Of a stretch of 64,000 nt of DNA, positions 37,345 to 46,101 are shown in pieces. Under the pieces are notes generated by a model. It saw nothing but the letters and a program-made list of their open reading frames with translations, was not told the DNA's origin and did not search any database. This DNA is from a virus (Duplodnaviria; Caudoviricetes): IMG/VR virus record IMGVR_UViG_3300025913_000019. One strand, given 5' to 3'. Position numbers and translations under genes: made by a program. Numbering within the stretch: the stretch's first letter is position 1; each line of letters begins with the position of its first letter.

Positions 37345-37376
37345 AAGGGCTGACATCAAATTGAATGCCAGCCCTT
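37345..37376 (-). promoter_or_regulatory. Hairpin containing AATTTGAT motif (putative late promoter)
   Basis: AAGGGCTG...CAGCCCTT inverted repeat enclosing ATCAAATT (37355-37362), 31 nt from the 37324 start. Confidence 0.45.
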
Positions 37377-37380
37377 GATT

Positions 37381-37641
37381 TCAGGTCGAGTGGAGGTTGC
37401 GAGCGACACCGTCACGGATGAAGGCGTGCGCCACTTTGTAGAAGGTCTTGCCCTCTGCGTTCACGATCTTGACCTCCAGGTCGCAACCGTTCTCTTCGTC
37501 AGGAAGGTGGGACTCTTGCACGACTTTGTAGACGTTGTCGGGCCCACCCGGCAGCCCGACCTCGGCTTCAAAGCCGGGCTTGATGACGAGGTGCGAACCG
37601 ACGGGGAAGAAGAACCTGTTCTTCGAGAAGTCCATGGCCAT
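37381..37641 (-). CDS. Hypothetical small protein between fibre genes
   Basis: 86 aa, begins 2 nt after the 37643 stop; typical codon use. Confidence 0.55.
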   Translation of the reverse strand: MAMDFSKNRFFFPVGSHLVIKPGFEAEVGLPGGPDNVYKVVQESHLPDEENGCDLEVKIVNAEGKTFYKVAHAFIRDGVARNLHST

Positions 37642-37642
37642 G

Positions 37643-40600
37643 TTAGGCCCCCTTGATGATGAGAGATTGAGCCGTCCAACCGACAGAGGCCGAAGCCGTG
37701 CAGCTGAAGTTCAGGGTCTCGATTGTCGATGCCTTGTTGGCGAACAGCGCCAGCGTGGAGAAGGCGCTGCTGATGATGCCAACCTGGACCCAGCCCGCAG
37801 GCAGACCGCTGAACGTGACGCCTGTACCCTCGACCGTGACCTGCACCAGCTCCAAGTCCGTCGCCTTCGTGTTCGGCGTCGAGCCAACGAGAGCGATGGC
37901 CGTGCCGTGAGAACTCGAGGTCGCACTCGACTGCGGCACGTCGACCAACGTGGTGACATCCACACCCGTGATCTCGACGAAGATCAACGCACCCGAAGCG
38001 ATAGCCGCAGGGTTGTAGGTCGTCGTGTAGGTCGTCTGGTCAGCCGTGAGCCTGACCGCGAAGAACTGCGAGTTCGGGTTGTTCGAGTCCGGCACCGGCG
38101 CCCGCGCGTACATGGTGTACGTACCGGTCGAGCCCGATCCAAAGCCCGCGTAGACGTTGCCTTGGGTGTCGGTGATGCGACCGTTGTCCGGTGCGTTGTC
38201 CCACGACTGCGCGACACAGACGATGGCGTTGCCGGAACTCACTGGGTTCGGCATCGAGATCGTGTTGTTCGTGTTCGAGGTCGGAACCGCGGTCGCAACT
38301 TGACCCGAGACCAGAGTCGGATTGGCCACACCCGCAATCACGGTAGCGGTCTGACCCGAGCGCACGATGCCGTTGCCGGTCGTCGTGTTCACGGCCTGAA
38401 CTTCGCACAGCAGCGTGTTCTGGTAGTCGCCGTTCGTGCACGTGTAGGTCGTGCTCGATGTCGGGGACCCGAGTGCAGTCGCGACGCCAGAGACAACACG
38501 ATACCACTGGTACAGGAAGCCACCAGTGATGGACCCACTCCACGTGCCCGGGTTGCAGGTCAGGACGTTGCCGACCTGAGCTGTGCCCGAGATAGTGGGC
38601 AGGCTCGTGTTGACGGGACCGCCAACGCCCATGGCGATCGTGCCGATGACTCGCGTGAACTGGCTGGAGCCACTTCCGTTTGTCGCTGTCACGACCTCCT
38701 TCAGCACGTAGCGCACATCCGCAGCCACAGGGGTGTAGCTGCTGGTGCCGCTCGAGTTGAAAAACGAGGCCTTGATGACATCGTTGACCGTCCAGTCGGT
38801 GCGGTACGAAGTCGGGCTGTTGCCCCAGGTACCGAGACCACCCGATGTCGAGACTCCGACCTGCGGGCCACCTGAGAACGCAGGTGCCGTGATGTTGAAC
38901 GGGGTAGAGACCGCGCGCTCGAGAGCGCCACAGTCAGGAGCACCTCCGTACAGGCGGGTGTTCATGGCCGTGAAGTCGTCCACCACGTTCAGCAGCGAAC
39001 CCAGCGGGTACGTGCCCGCGTTCAGCGCTGGGCTGGAGGCTTGCAGACTGAAGTCCGCGGTGCTGACGTTCGTGAACAGCGGATCGCCGTAGATGCCCAT
39101 CGTCTCGGTCGAGTCGTTGGGAATCGTGCGACCAGCCGCCCAGTAGACGTTGCGCTTCAGGTCGTAGCCATCGGAGCCTGTGCTGTCACTGGATGCGACG
39201 AACCAGTGCATCGCGTTGGTCGTCGTCTGTGGACCGCAGGCGAAGATGTTGTTGTAGGCTCGGATGACGTGACCGGGCGCGCTCTGGTTGCCTTCGTTGC
39301 GGAGGAAGCCGTTGCCCGTGCCTGCCTGGTCGACCTGCACGCAGTTGTAGCACGTGTTGAAGGCGTAGAGACCGCTCGATGTCGTCGTGTTGGTGTTGAG
39401 ACGCAGCGGTGCCAGCCCCGTGTTGAGGATGATGTTGTTCCAGACCAGGAAGTCGAGCTGACCACCGTTGCCGGTGTTGATGTCGGCGAAGAGGATGCCG
39501 TACTTCGCGCTCGTGTCCAGCCAGTTGTGGTGGATCTTGATGTTGGTGAAGCCGGTCCACACACCGTAGGGCGTCTGGAAGATGTTGGTGCCGCCGTCCG
39601 AGTCGTTGAACTGGATGTGCGAGCCACCGATGCAGTTGGTGATCCAGTTGAAGCAGATCTCCCAGCCGTAGCTGGTCGTGCCCGCGTAGATGCCGTGGTT
39701 CTGTAGTGCCGACGTTCCCTCGATGTCGTGCATCTTGTTGAACGCGATGTAGATGAAGTTGCCTTCACCCGTGATGCATGCCGCGTTCAGAACTGCGGAG
39801 CTACCCGCGACCCAGGGACCGAGGTTGCAACCCGTGATGCGCCAGCGCTCCGAGTTGTACTGCATGTTGATCGGGCCAGCATCGCGCCGCGATCCACCTT
39901 GAACCTCCATGTTGAGGTTCGACACCGCCACCCAGTCACCGCACGTGCCAGTGAAGGCAGAGCCCGGACCTTGGAGACCACCCGCCAGATCGTTGCCGGT
40001 CGTGATGTAGTGGATGTACTGGCCGGGGTAACCCTTGAAGGTCATCCAGCCGGTACCAGCTTGGCCGGTCGGGGCCTTGCCCTGTTGTTGCGGGTCACGG
40101 AAGCGGAACCACGTCGAGTTGTACCCGATGTCGGTCCACGGCTGGCCGTCCGAGTCCATGATGATGACGGTGTCACCAGCCAGGAGTTCGGTGTAGACCG
40201 AGCGCTGCGTCCGTGTCGGATACTGGAGCATTCGGAACGGATGCGTGATGTCGCCGACGACCGCAGTCGTGTCGTTGCCCGCGTGCGAGACGTAGAGGAA
40301 GCGACCCGGGTTCGGCGTGAACGTGAAGTCCTGGTTCGAGTCCTGGCCGCCGTAGGTGACCTTGATGTGGAGGGCTTCACCCTGAACCGGAGACCCGAGA
40401 GCGCCGACGCGCACGTCGATGCGTTGCAGGCCGCTGAACTTCGGAGCCAGCTGATCGTCCACCATCTGGATGTAGTGAACGACTTCGACGCCACCGATGA
40501 AGACCTTGGTGTTGGTGCCGATGCCCGAGTTGGGGCCGAAACGACGACCGTAAATCGTCAGGTACATGCCCTGGTTGTTCTCACCGCCGGTCGTCGGACC

Positions 40601-42319
40601 AGCCACGACGTCAGTACCGAGAATCTGCGGTTGCGAGCCGGAGATCATGGGCGTGACGGCGAGCGTCAGGTACGACGGGACGACATTGACACCGTCGGTC
40701 ACGTTATAGGTCACGGTCGGAACCGGACCCACGTAGTCCTGTGCGGGAGCGAACGACCACGTGCCGTCCGAAGCGATGCTGATCTGGCCGTAGGTCGTGG
40801 ACCCGACCGTGATGGTGGTCGTGCCCGTGAACGTGCCGGTCATGCCGGCGACCGTGTAGCCTGCGATCGAGGGCGTGGTCTCGTAGTCGAAGGCCAGGCG
40901 GTAGATCAGGTTGCCGCTGACCGTCGTGTTCGTTGGCGTGCCGCTGTTGACGAACGAGACGATCGGCGCCTGGTTCGTGCCTGTGACCGTGATGGTCAGG
41001 TGGTTGGTGCGGATGCCACCCTTGCCGTCGGCCATCACGTAGGTGATGATCTCGTGCCCGATGTCGCCCGTGTTGAGCGCACGCGCACCCTGGCCCAGCG
41101 TGAACGTCCAGTTGCCGGATGTCGGATCGACGAAGAAGACGCCGAGGGTCAGCTGCACAGAACCCTGGGTCGGGTCGTAGGTGGTGAAGGCACCACCGTC
41201 GTTCGTGTAGCCGATGGTCTGCAGCGTCAGCGGATCGGCATCCGGGTCCGAGATCGTCGAGTACAGGTTGCCCGTGAGCTGACCTGCCGAGTCGAGCGTA
41301 CCGACCGTGTAGTCGGTGCCCGTGGGCGGACGATTGAAGCCTTGCTGCGAGAGCCAGGTCGTGAGCTCGCCCAGGTTCCACTGGTAGACCGTGCCGTTGA
41401 TGACGACCGGCATCTGCGCGCTGGTCGACGGCAGACTGGGGATGTGCGGCAGGTTGGTCAGGTCCTGACCGCCACCGCCACCCTCGTTGATGACGGTCGT
41501 GGTCGGGACGTAGATGCCCAGGCGGTCGCCGTTGTTCGACGCACGAGTCAGCGGAGCGTTCAGCGTCAGGACCATGTTGCCATGGCCGTCAGGTGTCGCC
41601 GCCGTCACGTAGCGGACAGCCGCAGCGTTGATGCCGTCCTGGAACTGGAGCAGCAGAGACCCGACCGTAGTGAAGTTCAGCGACCCGTAGTCGCTGAGAG
41701 TGATGGTGACGGCGGTGACACTGTTGCCGACGGTGACGACGTCGTTGCTCTTGTCGTAGGCGTCGAAGGTCCAGAGACCCAGGCGGTCGGTGTAGGCCAG
41801 GAATGGCTTGGCACTGCCGTACGCCTGGACGATGAAGACGTTCGGGTTCGAGTTGACGCTGTAGGGCAGGGCTTCCGGGCCGGCAGCGACGCTCACCTTG
41901 TTGATGTTGGACTGGCTGACGTTCGCCCACATCTGGTAGTTCGATCCCACCATGGGGACGAACGCGTCGATGACAATCGCACCACCCGCGTTGGTGTTGA
42001 CGTCGAGCGGAGTCTTTGTCACCAGCGTGTCGAGCACCAGGACGGCGAACAGCGTCGACCCGTAGTAGTAGCCGATCTCACCGAAGGTGTACGGGCCATC
42101 GCTCTGACCCAGCAGCGTCGGATACAGGACCGTGTTCGAGGTCTGGATCACCGGGGCACCCGGGACCCCAGTGGCGACGACCGAGCCTTGCAGTGCGGTT
42201 TGACCCGCGGTTGGGATGTAGCCGTATGCGGAGCCGAGCTTGTAGCTCGTCAGCACGATGGGCGACTCCGACGCTGCCATGAGGGCGACGCCGGCGTCCG
42301 TGATCTGGATGTGGCTCAT
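37643..42319 (-). CDS. Giant modular tail fibre (1558 aa): DUF3751-like N-terminus, cadherin/VCBS-like Ig repeats, IPT, beta-helix, titin-like Ig repeats
   Basis: N-terminal ~270 aa paralogous to the 34265 product; DPDADPLT...ITVTGTNQAP Ig repeats; YVSHAGNDT and NHGIY beta-helix; PVNTSLPTISGTAQVGNVLTCNPGTWSG repeats. Confidence 0.8.
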   Translation of the reverse strand: MSHIQITDAGVALMAASESPIVLTSYKLGSAYGYIPTAGQTALQGSVVATGVPGAPVIQTSNTVLYPTLLGQSDGPYTFGEIGYYYGSTLFAVLVLDTLVTKTPLDVNTNAGGAIVIDAFVPMVGSNYQMWANVSQSNINKVSVAAGPEALPYSVNSNPNVFIVQAYGSAKPFLAYTDRLGLWTFDAYDKSNDVVTVGNSVTAVTITLSDYGSLNFTTVGSLLLQFQDGINAAAVRYVTAATPDGHGNMVLTLNAPLTRASNNGDRLGIYVPTTTVINEGGGGGQDLTNLPHIPSLPSTSAQMPVVINGTVYQWNLGELTTWLSQQGFNRPPTGTDYTVGTLDSAGQLTGNLYSTISDPDADPLTLQTIGYTNDGGAFTTYDPTQGSVQLTLGVFFVDPTSGNWTFTLGQGARALNTGDIGHEIITYVMADGKGGIRTNHLTITVTGTNQAPIVSFVNSGTPTNTTVSGNLIYRLAFDYETTPSIAGYTVAGMTGTFTGTTTITVGSTTYGQISIASDGTWSFAPAQDYVGPVPTVTYNVTDGVNVVPSYLTLAVTPMISGSQPQILGTDVVAGPTTGGENNQGMYLTIYGRRFGPNSGIGTNTKVFIGGVEVVHYIQMVDDQLAPKFSGLQRIDVRVGALGSPVQGEALHIKVTYGGQDSNQDFTFTPNPGRFLYVSHAGNDTTAVVGDITHPFRMLQYPTRTQRSVYTELLAGDTVIIMDSDGQPWTDIGYNSTWFRFRDPQQQGKAPTGQAGTGWMTFKGYPGQYIHYITTGNDLAGGLQGPGSAFTGTCGDWVAVSNLNMEVQGGSRRDAGPINMQYNSERWRITGCNLGPWVAGSSAVLNAACITGEGNFIYIAFNKMHDIEGTSALQNHGIYAGTTSYGWEICFNWITNCIGGSHIQFNDSDGGTNIFQTPYGVWTGFTNIKIHHNWLDTSAKYGILFADINTGNGGQLDFLVWNNIILNTGLAPLRLNTNTTTSSGLYAFNTCYNCVQVDQAGTGNGFLRNEGNQSAPGHVIRAYNNIFACGPQTTTNAMHWFVASSDSTGSDGYDLKRNVYWAAGRTIPNDSTETMGIYGDPLFTNVSTADFSLQASSPALNAGTYPLGSLLNVVDDFTAMNTRLYGGAPDCGALERAVSTPFNITAPAFSGGPQVGVSTSGGLGTWGNSPTSYRTDWTVNDVIKASFFNSSGTSSYTPVAADVRYVLKEVVTATNGSGSSQFTRVIGTIAMGVGGPVNTSLPTISGTAQVGNVLTCNPGTWSGSITGGFLYQWYRVVSGVATALGSPTSSTTYTCTNGDYQNTLLCEVQAVNTTTGNGIVRSGQTATVIAGVANPTLVSGQVATAVPTSNTNNTISMPNPVSSGNAIVCVAQSWDNAPDNGRITDTQGNVYAGFGSGSTGTYTMYARAPVPDSNNPNSQFFAVRLTADQTTYTTTYNPAAIASGALIFVEITGVDVTTLVDVPQSSATSSSHGTAIALVGSTPNTKATDLELVQVTVEGTGVTFSGLPAGWVQVGIISSAFSTLALFANKASTIETLNFSCTASASVGWTAQSLIIKGA

Positions 42320-42327
42320 GGAGGTCC

Positions 42328-42693
42328 TTAAGCGAGGAACTTGAGTTTGTAGATCGCCGACGCGAACGTCTGCTCGATCTCATCGATCTGATTCTGGAGC
42401 ATCGTCTCGTCCTTCGGGACGGCCTTGTAGCGCATCTCGCGGACCATGCGCCAGTACTTCTCGAGCACGAGTGCCGGTGCGGTCGCGTCCGGCTCGTCGT
42501 GCATGTAACCGATGTCGAGCAGCTTCTGGAACCGACCCTGGTACGTCTCGGTCAGCTTGTCAGCCTGCTCGGTCATGGTTTCGTAGAAGCCTTCGAGCGC
42601 CTTGTGCTGCGCGTAGCTCTTGGTCCGAAGGTGGGCGCGGTGCGCGTAGTCGCGGCTGAAGAACAGAAGGGCAATGAGGTCGACGATGTTCAT
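42328..42693 (-). CDS. Ferritin/Dps-like four-helix protein (DUF5856-like)
   Basis: HRAHLRT.SYAQHKALEGFYE...D...E.YQG...LQNQIDEI...YKLKFL matches the phage ferritin-like family. Confidence 0.75.
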   Translation of the reverse strand: MNIVDLIALLFFSRDYAHRAHLRTKSYAQHKALEGFYETMTEQADKLTETYQGRFQKLLDIGYMHDEPDATAPALVLEKYWRMVREMRYKAVPKDETMLQNQIDEIEQTFASAIYKLKFLA

Positions 42694-42726
42694 CTTGGCA
42701 CCCGAAAATGGATAGTTTCATGGGGA

Positions 42727-42773
42727 GGTTGGCATAAAATTAGAGGACGCCGACCAGACTGAAACGGTAAATA
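42727..42773. promoter_or_regulatory. Divergent control region: minus-strand AATTTTAT (42734-42741, in a 7-bp stem loop) and plus-strand GGTAAATA (42766-42773)
   Basis: AT-rich intergenic gap between divergent blocks, carrying one copy of each recurring motif in the matching orientation. Confidence 0.55.
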
Positions 42774-42789
42774 CGACCTGAGGTACCCC

Positions 42790-43647
42790 ATGAAAATCTC
42801 GCCATCAAGGACGGGTAGTGCCGAGTTCCTCAAAGTCTTCAAGACTGCGATCGACGAGGCTACCGTCATCCACAAAGCCGACCCGAGTCGGCTCTTCAAG
42901 TTGCGCTGTTCGCAGCTTCCATACTGCCCCCGATCCGTCATCATGAACTACGTGACGCTCGGCATGTACCAGTCTATGGACATGATGATGGCCTACTACG
43001 TGGGCGTCGGGCATGCTGTTCACAACGTCATGCAGACCTATCTGGCGACGACCGGGGTTCTGCTGGCTGACTACTACTGCCGCGAGTGTCGCAAGAAGTA
43101 TCCCTTCTCGCACCGACACGAGTGCTGCGGCTTCCCGACCCAGTACGAGGAAGTCACCATCGACTACAAGGGGATCGGCGGCCACATCGACGCCATCTTC
43201 AAGGACTCGAAGGGCAAGTACTGGATCGTTGACTTCAAGACCTGCAGCGTCGCCGGCGCGAAAAAGAAGAAGGTCAATCCGGGCGCGAACTACAAGCGAC
43301 AGGTCAGGGCCTACGCCTACTTGCTGTGGAAGCAGTACGGCATCAAGGTCGAGGGCGTGATGCTCGTCTTCCTGCCCAGGGACAACCCGCGGGTCCCCAC
43401 CATTTGGGAACTGCGGATGAACGAGCACCACTACGAGGAAGCGCGGAAGGAGCTGAGCGCGGACCGCAAGCTCCACAAGCGTACCATGGTGGCGTCCACG
43501 TGGGAAGAGGTGCGCGATCTCTTCATGACCAACTGCGGCGGCGAGTACTGCGATCATTGCAAGAAGCCGGCCAAGATGTTGCTGGCAGACCTGAAGCCCA
43601 AGCTGTCGAAGCTGCCGATCAAGAAGGCGGAGGCGGCTCATGTCTGA
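42790..43647 (+). CDS. Cas4-like / RecB-family PD-(D/E)xK exonuclease
   Basis: SQLPYCPR, GHAVH, GHID...IVDFKT and RQVRAYA motifs; C-terminal CGGEYCDHC completes a likely 4Fe-4S ligand set. Confidence 0.8.
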   Translation: MKISPSRTGSAEFLKVFKTAIDEATVIHKADPSRLFKLRCSQLPYCPRSVIMNYVTLGMYQSMDMMMAYYVGVGHAVHNVMQTYLATTGVLLADYYCRECRKKYPFSHRHECCGFPTQYEEVTIDYKGIGGHIDAIFKDSKGKYWIVDFKTCSVAGAKKKKVNPGANYKRQVRAYAYLLWKQYGIKVEGVMLVFLPRDNPRVPTIWELRMNEHHYEEARKELSADRKLHKRTMVASTWEEVRDLFMTNCGGEYCDHCKKPAKMLLADLKPKLSKLPIKKAEAAHV

Positions 43648-43867
43648 CGGCAGGCCCCCGTACATGCGGCGCTCCCTTGACCGCGCGGAGGAGCGCTGCG
43701 TCAGGTTGGAGAAGGAGTTGCACGACGAACTCAACAAGTTTGGAACGACAACGTTCGGTCGATGTATGACTCTCGCACAGGCATACGTCGAACGAGCACG
43801 AGAGCGGCGAGGCCGCAGACAAGCGACGCCGGAAGACGATCGCATTCTCAAGAAGGTGAACGAATGA
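43640..43867 (+). CDS. Hypothetical protein
   Basis: Overlap-coupled 75 aa ORF with GGAGG RBS. Confidence 0.5.
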   Translation: MSDGRPPYMRRSLDRAEERCVRLEKELHDELNKFGTTTFGRCMTLAQAYVERARERRGRRQATPEDDRILKKVNE

Positions 43868-44541
43868 GTGACTATCTCCCTGGCGTAGGCACGAGCGCTG
43901 CGAAGATCATCTCCTACCTGCATCTGATTCCCGAGGATGCGGAGGTCGGTTCGGCCACGATCTCCGAGGCTACAGGTGTGAGCAGTGCCGACATCATCAA
44001 CAGCGGTGATCGCTGTGTCATGGCTGGCTACATGCTCAGGACGAAGGTCGGCTACAAGTACTTCTACAAGCGCGGCCACAAGAGCCCGCCTCAGGAGTAC
44101 ATCGAGCGTCATCGTCCCGCGAAGATGCCCGAGCTCGACTACGTGCCCAAGGCGACGAACGGTCACGAGGGTGCGGCACAGATCGTCGTCGGCCAGGTCA
44201 TGGGTTCGGGCTTCAATCCGGGCCCGCCGCAAGGCAAGCCTGAGGAGTCGTCGCTGACCAAGAAGTTCGCCGACCCGCGAATCCTCGACGACGAAGAGCG
44301 CTCGCCCGTCATGGAGATGCGCGACAAGATCATGACCGAGGGTGTGCCTCCTGCCAGGGAGAAGACGAAGATGATGAAGGTTCCGGTCGCGGCTACCGAC
44401 ATGAAGGTCGGCATCTTCAGCGACGGCTCGCTGACGATCGAACGCCGTGGCCGCACCGAGAACTACAGCCCTGAAGAAGTCGTGACGCTCGTGCGGTTCC
44501 TGGATCGCATGATGCTCAAGAACGGGAGTATCGCGCAATGA
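43864..44541 (+). CDS. Hypothetical protein, possible N-terminal winged helix
   Basis: Start reassigned to ATG 43864; AKIISYL...SATISEATGVSSADI HTH-like segment. Confidence 0.5.
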   Translation: MSDYLPGVGTSAAKIISYLHLIPEDAEVGSATISEATGVSSADIINSGDRCVMAGYMLRTKVGYKYFYKRGHKSPPQEYIERHRPAKMPELDYVPKATNGHEGAAQIVVGQVMGSGFNPGPPQGKPEESSLTKKFADPRILDDEERSPVMEMRDKIMTEGVPPAREKTKMMKVPVAATDMKVGIFSDGSLTIERRGRTENYSPEEVVTLVRFLDRMMLKNGSIAQ

Positions 44542-44903
44542 ATGACATGAACCACAACGGCCGACTGCACATGCCACTGATGACGCAGACGGCGAGTCCA
44601 TTCAATGAGCCGGAAGCGCCGCAGACGACGTGGCTGACGCGGGCCCAGGACTTCCTGGGTCTGACAGCGACTCCGCTGAATCGGACCAAGCTCCGCAACC
44701 TCCAGTACATGGTCGAGAACGAGATGACGACCCTGGGTCGAGTCAGTCTCGATCACTGCCTGGCCATCGTCTTCATCGAGGCGCTGCTGCACAACATCGA
44801 GGTCGCAACCGCGAACACGGAGCGTCGGCCGCTCAACAAGGAAGCACAGTACAAGGCTGCGCTGTTCAACCAGTTCAACAACCGCGAAGGACGCATCACA
44901 TGA
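44538..44903 (+). CDS. Hypothetical protein
   Basis: ATGA-coupled ORF. Confidence 0.55.
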   Translation: MNDMNHNGRLHMPLMTQTASPFNEPEAPQTTWLTRAQDFLGLTATPLNRTKLRNLQYMVENEMTTLGRVSLDHCLAIVFIEALLHNIEVATANTERRPLNKEAQYKAALFNQFNNREGRIT

Positions 44904-45118
44904 CCAAGCGCGTTCAGATCACTGCCAAGCACGCAATCGTTAGTGACGTGTGCCGCCGCAACAAGACGGCAGCCGGGGCTGTGGATGAGGCTCTGGAGCG
45001 TCTCCGAGCAGAGGCCATGCGTATCATCGCAAAACGTGGTGACGACCGTGGCGACGAGTTGCACTTCATCCTCCAGGTCGAGAGGGACAGTTCGATTTCC
45101 AACGTGGAGAAACCATGA
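44900..45118 (+). CDS. Hypothetical protein (MTKRVQIT...)
   Basis: ATGA-coupled start at 44900 within ORF 44630..45118. Confidence 0.5.
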   Translation: MTKRVQITAKHAIVSDVCRRNKTAAGAVDEALERLRAEAMRIIAKRGDDRGDELHFILQVERDSSISNVEKP

Positions 45119-45330
45119 GAATCAAGAGCATCAAGGTGACGGTGAGCCGCACCGTGCAGGTGGATCGCTTCGAACCCGTGCAGGTCACGATCGAAGAAGC
45201 GGCCGACCTGGAACCTGACGACGACATCGAGACCTGCGAGTTCGAGCTCTACAAGCAGGTGACCAAGCGCGTCAAGAAGTGCATCGACAACGAAGTGGCG
45301 AAGTACGCCAAGAGCAAGAAGGACGACTGA
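45115..45330 (+). CDS. Hypothetical protein
   Basis: GGAG RBS, coupled ORF. Confidence 0.6.
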   Translation: MRIKSIKVTVSRTVQVDRFEPVQVTIEEAADLEPDDDIETCEFELYKQVTKRVKKCIDNEVAKYAKSKKDD

Positions 45331-45331
45331 C

Positions 45332-45763
45332 ATGACCGACCTCACACTTTTCGAGCAGCTGAAGGCTGTGGCCAAGGCGCACGCCCCGTTCGGCGGCCGA
45401 CTCTACTACTTCCAAGCGTCGGGCTCCAAGCCGACCTACGAAGGCGAAGCCACGACGGGCATCGAGTTCCATCGCAGCGATGCGGTCAAGATGCGTGCCT
45501 TCAAGCCCGGTGACACCATCGGCGAGTACTCGATCATGCTGCGCTTCACGAGCAGCAACATGACGGTCGCTGAAGTCGAGCCGTTCATGGTCGAGGCCGA
45601 AGCCGTGGTCGTCGAGAAGATGCTCCAAGGTGCGGGCTCTGATCCGGACCTGCGGCTCTGGCATCGTGGCTGGGTCGTGGCTCCGATCAACGACTCAACG
45701 GTCGACTTCCACATCTCGACGGCGGTGGCCGCGATTCGTCTCCCGAGCAAGGAGGCAGCATGA
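45332..45763 (+). CDS. Hypothetical protein
   Basis: Coupled ORF, typical codon use. Confidence 0.6.
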   Translation: MTDLTLFEQLKAVAKAHAPFGGRLYYFQASGSKPTYEGEATTGIEFHRSDAVKMRAFKPGDTIGEYSIMLRFTSSNMTVAEVEPFMVEAEAVVVEKMLQGAGSDPDLRLWHRGWVVAPINDSTVDFHISTAVAAIRLPSKEAA

Positions 45764-46101
45764 TCCAGGTGATGACGAACAAGGGGCTCCAGACGCTGCC
45801 ACGGCAGAACTCGTACTGGAAGCACAGGAATGGCAACATCTACAAGGTCATCGATGTCACGAACCTGAGCGACCGCCAGGATCAGTACCCGGTCACCATC
45901 AACTACGTGGGGCCGAACGGGAAGAAGTGGTCGAAGACCGCGTTCGACTGGTTCGACAAGATGACGCCGCTGACCGATGTCGTCGTCGACTGGCTCAACC
46001 GCCACGAGGGCCAGGTCCTGACGCTCGAGCTCATCGTCGAGTTCGAGGCCGTGTGGCGCGGCATGATGCAGGAGGCCGGCGATGGCGACGAAAAGATTTG
46101 A
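45760..46101 (+). CDS. DUF1653-like domain protein
   Basis: YWKHRNGNIYKVI...V.Y...NGKKWS pattern. Confidence 0.55.
   Translation: MIQVMTNKGLQTLPRQNSYWKHRNGNIYKVIDVTNLSDRQDQYPVTINYVGPNGKKWSKTAFDWFDKMTPLTDVVVDWLNRHEGQVLTLELIVEFEAVWRGMMQEAGDGDEKI

Noticed and set aside
22855-42319. Diversity-generating retroelement or invertible shufflon acting on the fibres
   Set aside because: No reverse transcriptase, no near-identical TR/VR pair differing at adenines, and no invertase or inverted crossover sites seen. Similarities are diverged paralogy.
28390-42331. Long plus-strand ORFs 28390..31497, 31902..34133, 34373..37336, 39728..42331
   Set aside because: Mirror images of the minus-strand fibre genes (antisense frame lacks stops); no RBS context or recognisable domains.
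42790-43647. Possible CRISPR-Cas locus suggested by the Cas4-like gene
   Set aside because: No cas1/cas2 or effector genes and no regularly spaced direct repeats anywhere in the window.
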